From Caulobacterales bacterium (GTDB lineage Bacteria > Pseudomonadota > Alphaproteobacteria > Caulobacterales > Caulobacteraceae): a stretch of 64,000 nt of DNA. The position numbers and the translations under genes are program-made. The stretch is taken from the NCBI GenBank assembly GCA_947474395.1, contig CANJID010000001.1:18083-82082 (forward strand), read 5' to 3'. The stretch's first letter is position 1; the number at the start of each line of letters is the position of its first letter. Of this stretch, positions 9,489 through 17,544 are shown in pieces. Below the pieces are notes generated by a model. That model saw nothing but the letters and a program-made list of their open reading frames with translations. It had not been told where the DNA came from and made no database searches.

Positions 9489-10158
9489 CGTTTCCCACCA
9501 GGCCGGCGGGGGTCAGCTTGACCGTCCGGTCGGCGCAGGCGGCGGCGACCTTGGAGTGGGTGACCAGGAGGGTCGCGGCGCCGGCCTCGCGGACGTGGGC
9601 GGCGAAGAGGTCGAGCACCCGCGCGGCGGTCTCGGCGTCGAGATTGCCGGTGGGCTCGTCCGCCAGGATCAGGGCGGGGCGGTGGACGAGGGCGCGGGCG
9701 ATCGCCACCCGCTGCAGCTCGCCGCCGGAAAGTTGGTTCGGATAGTCGTCGCCGCGATCGCCGAGGCCCACGAGGTCCAGCATGCGCCGGCCCTGGTCGG
9801 CCGCCTCGCGGGCGGGACGGCGCTGGAGCATCAGGGGCAGGCTGACGTTCTGAGCCAGGCTGAGATGCGGGAGCACGTGGAAGGCCTGGAAGACAAAGCC
9901 GATCCGATCGCGCCGCAGCCGGGTCCGGCCGTCCTCGCCGAGGTCTCCAAGCGCGACGCCATCGAAGGTGACCGTGCCGCTGTCCGGGAGGTCCAGCCCC
10001 GCGACCAGGTTCAGAAGCGTCGACTTGCCGACGCCAGACTCCCCGGTCACGGCCACGAACTCGCCCGGCGCCAGGGCGAGATCGAGGCCGCGAAACAGCA
10101 CCCTGCCGCCCGGCACGGATTTCGAGAGCGAAGTGATCGAGAGCAGCGGCGACGTCAT
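9478..10158 (-). CDS. ABC transporter ATP-binding protein (LolD/MacB-type)
   Basis: Walker A GESGVGKST, signature LSGGELQRVAIARAL, Walker B ILADEPTGNLD. Confidence 0.9.
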   Translation of the reverse strand: MTSPLLSITSLSKSVPGGRVLFRGLDLALAPGEFVAVTGESGVGKSTLLNLVAGLDLPDSGTVTFDGVALGDLGEDGRTRLRRDRIGFVFQAFHVLPHLSLAQNVSLPLMLQRRPAREAADQGRRMLDLVGLGDRGDDYPNQLSGGELQRVAIARALVHRPALILADEPTGNLDAETAARVLDLFAAHVREAGAATLLVTHSKVAAACADRTVKLTPAGLVGNDAG

Positions 10159-10289
10159 GTGGGAACGTTATACCCCGGCCCGAGCGCTTTCGCGCGACCG
10201 TGACCGAGCCGTTCCGGGTTGGGACGCGACGCCCTTTGCCGACGGCGGGCGCGAACAGCGCCGTCAATTCACTGGTGGGAGCCTGGGAA

Positions 10290-10364
10290 TGGCTCCGCGG
10301 GTAGGATTTGAACCTACGACCCGCCGGTTAACAGCCGGCTGCTCTACCACTGAGCTACCGCGGA
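10290..10364 (-). tRNA. tRNA-Asn: tRNA-Asn (anticodon GTT)
   Basis: 75-nt cloverleaf read on the minus strand. Acceptor TCCGCGG/CCGCGGA, D arm GCTC-AGTGGTA-GAGC, anticodon arm GCCGG-CTGTTAA-CCGGC, T arm GTAGG-TTCAAAT-CCTAC, encoded CCA. Confidence 0.95.
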
Positions 10365-10402
10365 ACAGAGCCTGCGCTGGTGGCGCCGACCCAAGGCGGG
10401 GG

Positions 10403-10432
10403 GCTATAGCAGGCGCTTCGCCCGCTCCGCAA
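10403..10432 (-). promoter_or_regulatory. Possible sigma70-type promoter of tRNA-Asn
   Basis: Minus strand TTGCGGA-N15-GCTATAGC about 38 nt upstream of the tRNA 5' end. Resembles the Caulobacter TTGACGS...GCTANAWC type. Pattern match only. Confidence 0.3.
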
Positions 10433-10454
10433 GCGGCGCCCCCGCGCTGGGGGC

Positions 10455-10480
10455 AAAAAGAAGCCCGGCCGAAGCCGAGC
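10455..10480 (-). terminator. Rho-independent terminator-like hairpin (minus-strand orientation)
   Basis: Minus strand GCTCGGC-TTCG-GCCGGGC followed by TTCTTTTT. There is no annotated minus-strand gene upstream of it. Confidence 0.4.
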
Positions 10481-10702
10481 TTGCAAAGTCGGTGAGGGTG
10501 GGGTGTCTCCAACAGAAAGAAGACGAATCGAAAATTGCGCCTTGAGGGTGAATGAAACCTTAATGGCCGCGGGCGGTTCCGGACCGACGAATTTGTGGCT
10601 TCGCGCGGCCCGCCCTATCTTCCTGACCTGGATCAAGGCGGCCGGCCGCGCACTCCGGTCCGGTCAGTCGGCGCGACCGTCCAGGCAGTCAGAAGGCACT
10701 CC

Positions 10703-11092
10703 ATGTCGTCCCGTCAGCTCGATCTCGACGCCCAGCTGCCGGGGACCTATCCCAACACCTCCGAACGCGCCCAGATGGGGCTGAAGCTGAACCGCTTCTG
10801 CTACGACCTGCGGCTGCCGGAGAACCGGGCCCTCTACAAATCCGACCCGGAAGGGCAGATGGAGCGCTATGGCCTGGACGGGGAGGACCGCCGGCTGATC
10901 CGCGCCAAGGACTGGCTGGGACTGATCCAGCGCGGCGGCAACATCTTTCCCCTGCTGCGCCTGGCGCAGATGCACGGGGACAACCTCGAGGCCGTGGCGG
11001 CCCAGATGCGGGGCGAGACGGTGGAGCAGTACATGGCCAGCCGCGACTTCGACATGTTCGGCGCCGCCCCGCCCAAGCCCAAGGAAAGCTGA
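10703..11092 (+). CDS. Class III extradiol dioxygenase small (alpha, LigA-like) subunit
   Basis: 129 aa from an internal ATG (MSSRQLDLDAQLPGTY...). LNRFCYDLRLPENRALYKSDPE resembles protocatechuate 4,5-dioxygenase alpha chains. ATGA coupling to the beta subunit. Confidence 0.7.
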   Translation: MSSRQLDLDAQLPGTYPNTSERAQMGLKLNRFCYDLRLPENRALYKSDPEGQMERYGLDGEDRRLIRAKDWLGLIQRGGNIFPLLRLAQMHGDNLEAVAAQMRGETVEQYMASRDFDMFGAAPPKPKES

Positions 11093-11976
11093 TGGCCAGG
11101 ATCATCGCCGGGCTCGGCTCGCCCCATTCCCCCGGCATCGGCAACGCCGTGGACAAGAACAAGTGGGACGACCCCGAGTGGAAGGGGCTGATGGACGGCT
11201 TTCGCGTGATGCAGCGCTGGCTGGCCGAACAGAAGCCGGACCTGGCCATCCTGGTCTACAACGACCACGTCACCACCTTCTTCTTCGACGTCTATCCGAT
11301 GATCGCCTTAGGGGTCGCTCCCGAGCACGAGATCGCCGACGAGGGCTGGGGCCCCCGAGCCCTGCCTCCCGTCCCCGGCGACGCCCGCTTCGCCTGGCAC
11401 CTCGCCCACAGCCTGGTGGACGACGAGTTCGACATCACCGTGTGCCAGAAGATGCCCCTCGACCACGGGGCCCTGACCCCGCTTTCGGCGCTCTGGCCGG
11501 ACCGGGAGCACGGCTGGCCCTGCCCGATCATCCCGGTGGCCATCAACGTGCTGCAGTTCCCCATCCCCAGCCCCCGGCGGATGTTCAAGCTCGGGCAGGG
11601 GTTCCGCCGGGCGGCCGAGACCTACGACAAGCCCCTTCGCATCGTGGTGCTGGGCACCGGCGGTCTCTCGCACCGCATTCATGGCGAGCGGTTCGGCGAC
11701 AAGAACTACGCCTGGGACGCCGAGTTCCTCGATCTGATCGAGACCGACCCGGAAGCGCTCGCCTCGCGCCGGCTGCAGGACTATGTGGACGACGCCGGCG
11801 CCGAGGGCGCTGAATCCATCATGTGGCTGGCCATGCGCGGCGCCTTGCCCGACAAGGTGCGCCGGGCCCACCGCAACTATTTCGCCCCCGTGCATACCGG
11901 CTACGCCCAGCTGATCCTGGAGGACCCCGACGCGGTCCTTCCGACCGAAACCAAGGTGAGTGAAGACGTTGCCTGA
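11092..11976 (+). CDS. Class III extradiol ring-cleavage dioxygenase beta (LigB-like) subunit
   Basis: 294 aa. MARIIAGLGSPHSPG..., LVYNDHVTTFFFD and LGTGGLSHRIHG motifs of the LigB family. Confidence 0.85.
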   Translation: MARIIAGLGSPHSPGIGNAVDKNKWDDPEWKGLMDGFRVMQRWLAEQKPDLAILVYNDHVTTFFFDVYPMIALGVAPEHEIADEGWGPRALPPVPGDARFAWHLAHSLVDDEFDITVCQKMPLDHGALTPLSALWPDREHGWPCPIIPVAINVLQFPIPSPRRMFKLGQGFRRAAETYDKPLRIVVLGTGGLSHRIHGERFGDKNYAWDAEFLDLIETDPEALASRRLQDYVDDAGAEGAESIMWLAMRGALPDKVRRAHRNYFAPVHTGYAQLILEDPDAVLPTETKVSEDVA

Positions 11977-12679
11977 CCGTCCCGTCGTCTACCTGCTGCC
12001 CGGCCTGCTCTGCGACGACATCGTCTGGGAGCCGCAGGTGCGTAGCCTCGGGGCCGACTACGACATCCGTATCCCGAAGTTCTTCGGCTTCGATTCGCTT
12101 GCGGCCATGGCCCGCTCGGTGCTGGCGACGGCCCCCGCCCGCTTCTCCATCGCCGGCCATTCCATGGGGGGCCGCGCCGCCATGGAGGTCTTCCGCCTCG
12201 CCCCCGAGCGGATCGAGCGCCTGGGCCTGATGGACACCGGCGTCCACACCGTGCGCGACCATGAGCCGGAGCGCCGCGCGGCCCTGACCGCCCTCGGCTA
12301 CGAGAAGGGCATGGGAGCCGTGGCCGACGCCTGGATCCCGCCCATGATCCACCCCGACCACCTCTCCGACACCGCCATGATGGACGCCCTCCGGGCCATG
12401 GTGATGCGCGCAACGCCTGAAATCTTCGAAGGCCAGCAGAAGGCCCTGCTGGAGCGCCCCGACGCCGGCCCGCTCCTCCCCACCATCGCCTGCCCCACCA
12501 TGGTCCTGTGTGGCCGCCAGGACGCCTGGAGCCCCTTCTCCCACCACGTCGAGATCGCCGCCGACATCAAGGGCGCCGTCCTGGTCCCCATCGAGGACAG
12601 CGGACACATGGTCACCATGGAGCAGCCGCAAGCCGTGAACGCCGCCTTGCGGGCCTGGCTGGAAACGGGAGCGCGTTAG
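11960..12679 (+). CDS. Alpha/beta-fold hydrolase
   Basis: 239 aa, GTG start. Nucleophile elbow IAGHSMGG and C-terminal SGHMVTMEQP. Overlaps the ligB-like stop by 17 nt. Confidence 0.75.
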   Translation: MKTLPDRPVVYLLPGLLCDDIVWEPQVRSLGADYDIRIPKFFGFDSLAAMARSVLATAPARFSIAGHSMGGRAAMEVFRLAPERIERLGLMDTGVHTVRDHEPERRAALTALGYEKGMGAVADAWIPPMIHPDHLSDTAMMDALRAMVMRATPEIFEGQQKALLERPDAGPLLPTIACPTMVLCGRQDAWSPFSHHVEIAADIKGAVLVPIEDSGHMVTMEQPQAVNAALRAWLETGAR

Positions 12680-12717
12680 ACGAAAGTGTGAGCGGTTTCG
12701 CCGCTCGAACGCGCTCC
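12668..12717. repeat. 50-nt structured dispersed repeat, copy 1
   Basis: GGAGCGCGTT...GAGCGG-TTTCG-CCGCTC...AACGCGCTCC. 49/50 identical to the reverse complement of 58728-58777. Its first 12 nt supply the last codons and the TAG stop of the hydrolase gene. Confidence 0.85.
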
Positions 12718-12732
12718 GAGCATCTAAGCGAT

Positions 12733-12768
12733 GGAATGTTCAAGGGGTAGAAACCCCTTGAACATTCC
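12733..12768. repeat. Perfect 16-bp inverted repeat (hairpin)
   Basis: GGAATGTTCAAGGGGT-AGAA-ACCCCTTGAACATTCC with no T tract. Lies between the hydrolase and SnoaL-like genes. Confidence 0.8.
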
Positions 12769-12844
12769 GAGGTGCGGTAGGGGTTGGCGGTCATGGCCGC
12801 CGCCGTCTAGGTTCGCTCCGGACAACCACCGGAGAACAAGAAAA

Positions 12845-13291
12845 ATGGCCGACCTGTCGCCCCTGGACCGCCTGGTCATCGAATCCGAATGCACCCGGCT
12901 CGTCTATCGCTACGCCGGCCTGAACGACGCCGGGGACTATGTGGGGGTGGCCGATCTCTTCACGGCGGACGGGTCCTTCGCCCGCCCGACCGCCCCGGAA
13001 ACGCCCCTGGTCGGGCGCGACGTGATCCGCGCCGCCTTCGCCGCCCGACCCAAGGGACGGATGAGCCGGCACATCGTCTCCAACGTCATCATCGAGGTCG
13101 AGAGCGAGACCCTGGCGCGGGGGACCAGCTACATCCTGCTGTTCACCGCCGCCGCCCCGGAGAGCGGGACCGCCAAGGCCGATCCGGTGCAGCTGGTCGG
13201 CGGCTTCTCCGACACCTTCGCCAAGGAAGACGGCATCTGGAAGTTCAGGCAGCGCCAGGGCTCGGTGTCGCTGTCCAGCGGCGGGAGCTGA
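12845..13291 (+). CDS. SnoaL-like / NTF2-fold protein
   Basis: 148 aa from an internal ATG (MADLSPLDRLVIESECTRLVYRYAGLNDAGDY...). The pattern is typical of the SnoaL_4 family. Confidence 0.65.
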   Translation: MADLSPLDRLVIESECTRLVYRYAGLNDAGDYVGVADLFTADGSFARPTAPETPLVGRDVIRAAFAARPKGRMSRHIVSNVIIEVESETLARGTSYILLFTAAAPESGTAKADPVQLVGGFSDTFAKEDGIWKFRQRQGSVSLSSGGS

Positions 13292-13294
13292 CGC

Positions 13295-13342
13295 ACTCTT
13301 CCCCCTCTGGGGTAAGTACGCCCGAAGGGCGGGAAGGGGGCT
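13295..13342. repeat. Family-A REP/MITE-like element, half copy
   Basis: ACTCTTCCCCCTCTGGGGTAAGTACGCCCGAAGGGCGGGAAGGGGGCT matches the left arms of the elements at 17318 and 36823. It fills the convergent intergenic gap. Confidence 0.8.
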
Positions 13343-13961
13343 ACCGCCGCGGCGCGGTCCCAGGCACCGGCGCGCCCGATGCGCCCGGCGTTCCCGGCGT
13401 CCGGGGCATGGTCAGCCGCAGCGTCATGCCGCGATAGACTTCGACCCGGTCCATCACCACCATGTCCTCGGCGCCGGTCTGGCCCGGATGGGCGCGGGCG
13501 ATCAGGAAGTAGGCGCCGTCCGGCAGGTCCCGGAAGGTGAAGCTGTTCTGGGCGTCGCACTTCTCCGAGCGCACGAACTGGGCGTACTCGGGCGGGGCCG
13601 GGGTGGTGCGGGCGCGCACCTCGGTGACCGAGCGGATCGCTTCCACGTCCGAGCCGTAGAGCGAGACGATGCGGTCGCGGGAGTAGCGGGTCTGCGGCGT
13701 CAGCCCGACGTCGAGGCCGGCGCAGCTCCAGGTCCCGCCGGTGCGGGGCCGATAGGCCAGTGTCCCGACGATGCTGTTGGCGCCCCGGCCGACCGACCAG
13801 GCGAAATCGGCGGTGGTGAACTGGGCCGGGCCGACCGGCGCGGGCGGTGGCGGTGGCGGGGGCGGCGGCGTGGTGGCGCAGGCGGCCAAAGTCAGGACCG
13901 CCAGGGCGGGGCCCGCGATCCTGGAAAACCTACCAAAGCTCGAGCCCTTAGCCATCGTCAC
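13341..13961 (-). CDS. Lipoprotein with poly-proline linker, function unknown
   Basis: 206 aa. Lipobox LTLAAC followed by TTPPPPPPPPPAP. The C-terminal beta-rich domain (DLPDGAYFLIARAHPG) is reminiscent of carboxypeptidase-regulatory-like folds. Overlaps the upstream dioxygenase gene by 14 nt. Confidence 0.6.
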   Translation of the reverse strand: MTMAKGSSFGRFSRIAGPALAVLTLAACATTPPPPPPPPPAPVGPAQFTTADFAWSVGRGANSIVGTLAYRPRTGGTWSCAGLDVGLTPQTRYSRDRIVSLYGSDVEAIRSVTEVRARTTPAPPEYAQFVRSEKCDAQNSFTFRDLPDGAYFLIARAHPGQTGAEDMVVMDRVEVYRGMTLRLTMPRTPGTPGASGAPVPGTAPRR

Positions 13962-14763
13962 ACCCGAAACTTGTATTCCACGCCCGGCTTTCGCTCGATG
14001 TCCGGGGGAAGTTGGCGCGCTTCTCGGAAAAGTAGCGCTGGCGGTGGTCTCCGTCGTCGAGACGGTTGTAGGTGAGATAGAGGATGCGCCGCGCGTCCTT
14101 CGTCAAGTTCGGCTTGGAGGCGTGGGGCACATAGGAGTCGAAAAAGATCACGTCGCCGGGTTCCGTGGGCGTCGGGACGAGGTCGAAGCCCGCCATCTCC
14201 GCCGCCGAAAGGGGCCGCCATTCAGGGCCGATCATGCCGGGCAGGCGCGTGACATTGGCCATTTCCAGGCAGCCGTTCTCCATGGTGGCGCGGTCGATCC
14301 CCACCAGGGCCGTGACGAACAGGTCGGCGTAGGTCGACCAGCCGGCCTGCTGGTCCTGGTGCGGCTCGAAGCCGGCGCCGCCCGCCTCCTTGAAGTTGAT
14401 CTTCTCCTTGAAGAGGCATGCCTCCCCGCCGAGCAGCTGGTCGATCGCCCGGGCCAGCCGGCCCTCGCGCACCAGGCCGTCGAAGCCCGGATGATAGGGG
14501 CAGAAGTTCTCGATCCTCTGGATCACCCGCCGGCCGGCCTCGGTCAGGCTGTCCTCGCGGTAGACCATGTGCTCGCCGGGGACCTCCGGGCGTGCGGTCA
14601 GCTCGTCGGTCCAGGCGGCGATGGCCTGCGCCTCCGCTGGGGGGAAGAAGCCGCGCGCCACCACCCAGCCCATCCGCCGGTATTCGGCCATCTGCCGGGG
14701 GTCGAGCGGTCCGCTCAGAGCCTCGGCGTCCTTCATTCGGGTCGGGCGGGTCGGGGCGTTCAT
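13948..14763 (-). CDS. Phytanoyl-CoA dioxygenase (PhyH) family Fe(II)/2-oxoglutarate dioxygenase
   Basis: 271 aa from an internal ATG (MNAPTRPTRMKD...). HxD facial-triad motif FEPHQDQQ, distal His in FFDSYVPHAS, Arg in ARRILYLTY. 7-nt gap after the upstream nucleotidyltransferase. Confidence 0.75.
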   Translation of the reverse strand: MNAPTRPTRMKDAEALSGPLDPRQMAEYRRMGWVVARGFFPPAEAQAIAAWTDELTARPEVPGEHMVYREDSLTEAGRRVIQRIENFCPYHPGFDGLVREGRLARAIDQLLGGEACLFKEKINFKEAGGAGFEPHQDQQAGWSTYADLFVTALVGIDRATMENGCLEMANVTRLPGMIGPEWRPLSAAEMAGFDLVPTPTEPGDVIFFDSYVPHASKPNLTKDARRILYLTYNRLDDGDHRQRYFSEKRANFPRTSSESRAWNTSFGCDDG

Positions 14764-14770
14764 CGGTCGA

Positions 14771-15532
14771 TCATCGATTGGCGAGCTGGGGAAGGATGGT
14801 GTGACGGGCGCGCTCCACGTCGGCCTCGAAATCGATCTCGGTCCAGGGCAGGTCGCTGACATCCACCGCCCCGAAGCGGGCGGGCTCAGCCAGCATCAGG
14901 TCGCGGATGGCCTCCTCGTACTCGACCTTCAGCACCCCCCTGGCGACATAGTCGTCGCACCGGTCCCACAGGGCCGCCGCCGTCGCCGGTGAGAAGTGGA
15001 AGAAGCCCACCGACTCCCCGTGCCAGTCGTGGGCGTGCTCGGGCTTCTTGCGGAAGTCGACGATGGTCTCGCCGCGGAAGCAGATCTTCACCGGCTCGTC
15101 CCCCGGCTCAATCTCGCGGTCCACGAGAAGCGCGTTTTCCGCCGCGCCTTCGAACAGCCGGTCGATCATCCGCGAATCGTAGAGAACGTCGCCATCCATC
15201 AGCAGCACGGGACGGCCGCTCCGCATCAGCTCGCCCTGGGTCCAGAGCGAGACCAGGCTGCCCTCGGTGTAGCGCGGGTTCTCCACGAAATTCACCCGTC
15301 CTGCCTGTCCCAGCCGCTCGACCTCGGCGCGGATTTCCGCCCCGCGATGGCCCAACGTTATAGAGACGTCCCCGACGCCGGCTTCCCCCAGCGCCTCCAG
15401 ATGGCGCTGCAGCAGAGTCTTGCCGTCGAAGCTTAGCAGGACTTTCGGCCCGTCGTGACTGTCGCCCAGCCGGCGGCCTATCCCCGCGGCAAGGATGATC
15501 GCGCCCGCGTCCCTGTGACCCACGGATGACAC
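14771..15532 (-). CDS. LicC-like nucleotidyltransferase (candidate phosphonate/phosphoalcohol cytidylyltransferase)
   Basis: 253 aa. [13 protein letters not shown]...PKVLL signature of sugar/phosphocholine NTP-transferases, and [10 protein letters not shown]. Confidence 0.8.
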   Translation of the reverse strand: MSSVGHRDAGAIILAAGIGRRLGDSHDGPKVLLSFDGKTLLQRHLEALGEAGVGDVSITLGHRGAEIRAEVERLGQAGRVNFVENPRYTEGSLVSLWTQGELMRSGRPVLLMDGDVLYDSRMIDRLFEGAAENALLVDREIEPGDEPVKICFRGETIVDFRKKPEHAHDWHGESVGFFHFSPATAAALWDRCDDYVARGVLKVEYEEAIRDLMLAEPARFGAVDVSDLPWTEIDFEADVERARHTILPQLANR

Positions 15533-15654
15533 GCCCGCGATGCTCCTGCTGCATTTCTTCGAGAACGGCGAAGGTTTATAGAGCGGGCTTGCCGCCCCGC
15601 AAGGGGAACGGGCGGGCTTACGCCCCGCCGCAGTGGAAGTGTTGGATTTTCGCC

Positions 15655-17310
15655 ATGCCCCTCGACCAAGCCCGCCAGGGCGCCGCCTCGACCGACAAGG
15701 CCGCCGCGCCCGCCACGCGCTTCGCCGCGCTGCGGCAGGAAATCTTCGGGGACCGGCTGTCCTTCCTGATGGAGGCCCACGACGGCCTCTCGGCCAAGAT
15801 CGTCCAGGAGCAGGGCTTCCGCGGCATCTGGGCCTCGGGCCTGACCATGTCGGCGGCGCTGGGCCTGCGCGATTCGAACGAGGCCTCCTGGACCCAGGTG
15901 CTGGACGTCCTGGAGTACATGTCCGACGCCGTCTCCATCCCGATCCTGGTGGACGGGGACACCGGCTACGGCAACTTCAACAATGTGCGGCGACTGGTGC
16001 GCAAACTCTGCGATCGCGGGATCGCCGGGGTCTGCATCGAGGACAAGCTGTTCCCCAAGACCAACTCCTTCATCGGCGAGGCCCAGCCGCTCGCCGACAT
16101 CGAGGAGTTCTGCGGGCGCCTCAAGGCGGGCAAGGACAGCCAGACCGACGACGATTTCACCATCGTCGCCCGGGTCGAGGCCCTGATCTCCGGGCGCGGC
16201 ATGGAGGAGGCCCTGCGGCGGGCCGAGGCCTATCATTCGGCCGGCGCCGACGCGATCCTGATCCACTCCAAGAAGGCCGTGGCCGATGAGATCTTCACCT
16301 TCTGCGAGCGCTGGGGAAACCGCGCTCCGGTGGTGATCGTGCCGACCATGTACTACGCCACCCCGACCGACCTGTTCCGGCAGGCGGGGGTCTCCACCAT
16401 CATCTGGGCCAACCACCTGCTGCGCTCCTCGATCTCGGCCATGCGCGAGACCGCCCGCCGCATCCACGAGGACCAGTCCCTGGCCGAGGTGGAGGGCCGC
16501 GTCGCCACGGTGAAGGAAATCTTCGGCCTGGTGGGCAACGCCGAGCTGGAGGAGGCCGAGCGCCGCTACCTGCCGGGCGGGGCCAAGACCCGCGCCATCG
16601 TCCTGGCCGCCTCGGGCGGGGACCTGGGCGAACTGACCCGCGACGCCCCCAAGTGCATGATCGATATCCGTGGCCGCTCCCTGCTGCAGCGCCTGGTCTC
16701 CACCCTCAACGAGGGCGGGGTCCGCGAGGTCGCGGTGGTGCGCGGCTATCGCAAGGAGGCCGTCAGCCTGCCCGGCATCGTCACCGTCGACAACGATCGC
16801 TACGCCGAGACGGGCGAGCTCTATTCGCTCTCGACCGCCCGCCACCTGATCGAAGGCGAGACGGTGGTGGCCTATGGGGACGTCCTCTTCCGCAACTTCA
16901 TCCTCGAGAGCCTGATGGGCAGCGGCGCGGACATTGTCCTGGCCGTCGACGCGCTGAACCTGCCGGGCGCCCGCGCCGGGGTGCGCGACCTCGTGGTCGC
17001 CGACCGGGTCTTCTCCGGGGACTACCTCGACGACGCCCCGGTGAGCCTGGTCCGCATGGGCCACGACGTCCTCTCCGAGGCCGCCAGCGGCGAGTGGATG
17101 GGCCTGGCCCGCTTCAGCGCCAAGGGCGCCGAATGGCTCCGCGCCGAGATCGAGGCCATGGAGGCCGAGGGCCTGCTGGAGACCGCCGACCTGCCCTCCC
17201 TTCTGACGCGCCTTGCCGCCAAGCACCCGGTGCGGGTGAAGTACTTCAGCGGCCACTGGATGGACGTCGACAACCTCACCGACCTCGCCGACGCCCGCAA
17301 CTTCACCTGA
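15655..17310 (+). CDS. ppm: Phosphoenolpyruvate mutase fused to a C-terminal nucleotidyltransferase domain
   Basis: 551 aa from an internal ATG. The N-terminal ~300 aa carry [10 protein letters not shown] and [13 protein letters not shown] (PEP mutase EDKxxxxxNS). The C-terminal ~220 aa carry AIVLAASGG...[14 protein letters not shown]...VAYGDVLF (NTP-transferase fold). Confidence 0.9.
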   Translation: MPLDQARQGAASTDKAAAPATRFAALRQEIFGDRLSFLMEAHDGLSAKIVQEQGFRGIWASGLTMSAALGLRDSNEASWTQVLDVLEYMSDAVSIPILVDGDTGYGNFNNVRRLVRKLCDRGIAGVCIEDKLFPKTNSFIGEAQPLADIEEFCGRLKAGKDSQTDDDFTIVARVEALISGRGMEEALRRAEAYHSAGADAILIHSKKAVADEIFTFCERWGNRAPVVIVPTMYYATPTDLFRQAGVSTIIWANHLLRSSISAMRETARRIHEDQSLAEVEGRVATVKEIFGLVGNAELEEAERRYLPGGAKTRAIVLAASGGDLGELTRDAPKCMIDIRGRSLLQRLVSTLNEGGVREVAVVRGYRKEAVSLPGIVTVDNDRYAETGELYSLSTARHLIEGETVVAYGDVLFRNFILESLMGSGADIVLAVDALNLPGARAGVRDLVVADRVFSGDYLDDAPVSLVRMGHDVLSEAASGEWMGLARFSAKGAEWLRAEIEAMEAEGLLETADLPSLLTRLAAKHPVRVKYFSGHWMDVDNLTDLADARNFT

Positions 17311-17317
17311 GGCTCAC

Positions 17318-17451
17318 ACTCTTCCCCCGCCTGGGGGAAGTACGCCCGAAGGGCGGGAAGGGGGCTGAAGGGCGTTGCGGCCATGGTCGCGCCCTGCGGC
17401 CCCTATCGGCCCGAGGCAAGCTCGGCCCACTTCCCCCAGAGGGGGAAGAGT
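17318..17451. repeat. Family-A MITE/REP-like element, full copy
   Basis: About 22-bp imperfect terminal inverted repeats: ACTCTTCCCCCGCCTGGGGGAAG and CTTCCCCCAGAGGGGGAAGAGT. Each terminus is itself a GC hairpin. Lies in the 234-nt ppm-ppd gap. Confidence 0.8.
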
Positions 17452-17544
17452 TAGGAACGCTCGTCCTCAGCGCCCATTTGCCCTTTCGACTTCGCCGGCC
17501 AAACGCCTTAAATTGCTGATCATTCCAGGGGCAATTCCGACCGC

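Noticed and set aside
10590-10640. CCAGGTCAGG motif reminiscent of the SRP (4.5S) RNA conserved domain
   Set aside because: The adjoining GGAAGCAGC/asymmetric-loop sequence and the long closing helix of SRP RNA are absent, so the similarity is limited to about 10 nt.
10159-13291. Possible tRNA-Asn-linked genomic island
   Set aside because: No integrase, no direct repeat of the tRNA 3' end and no compositional break were seen on either side within the window.
15478-17256. 592-aa ORF on the minus strand covering the ppm locus
   Set aside because: It is antisense to a gene with unmistakable PEP mutase and NTase motifs. Its composition is Gly/Arg/Ala/Val/His-rich with no recognisable domain. 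This is the typical high-GC shadow ORF.
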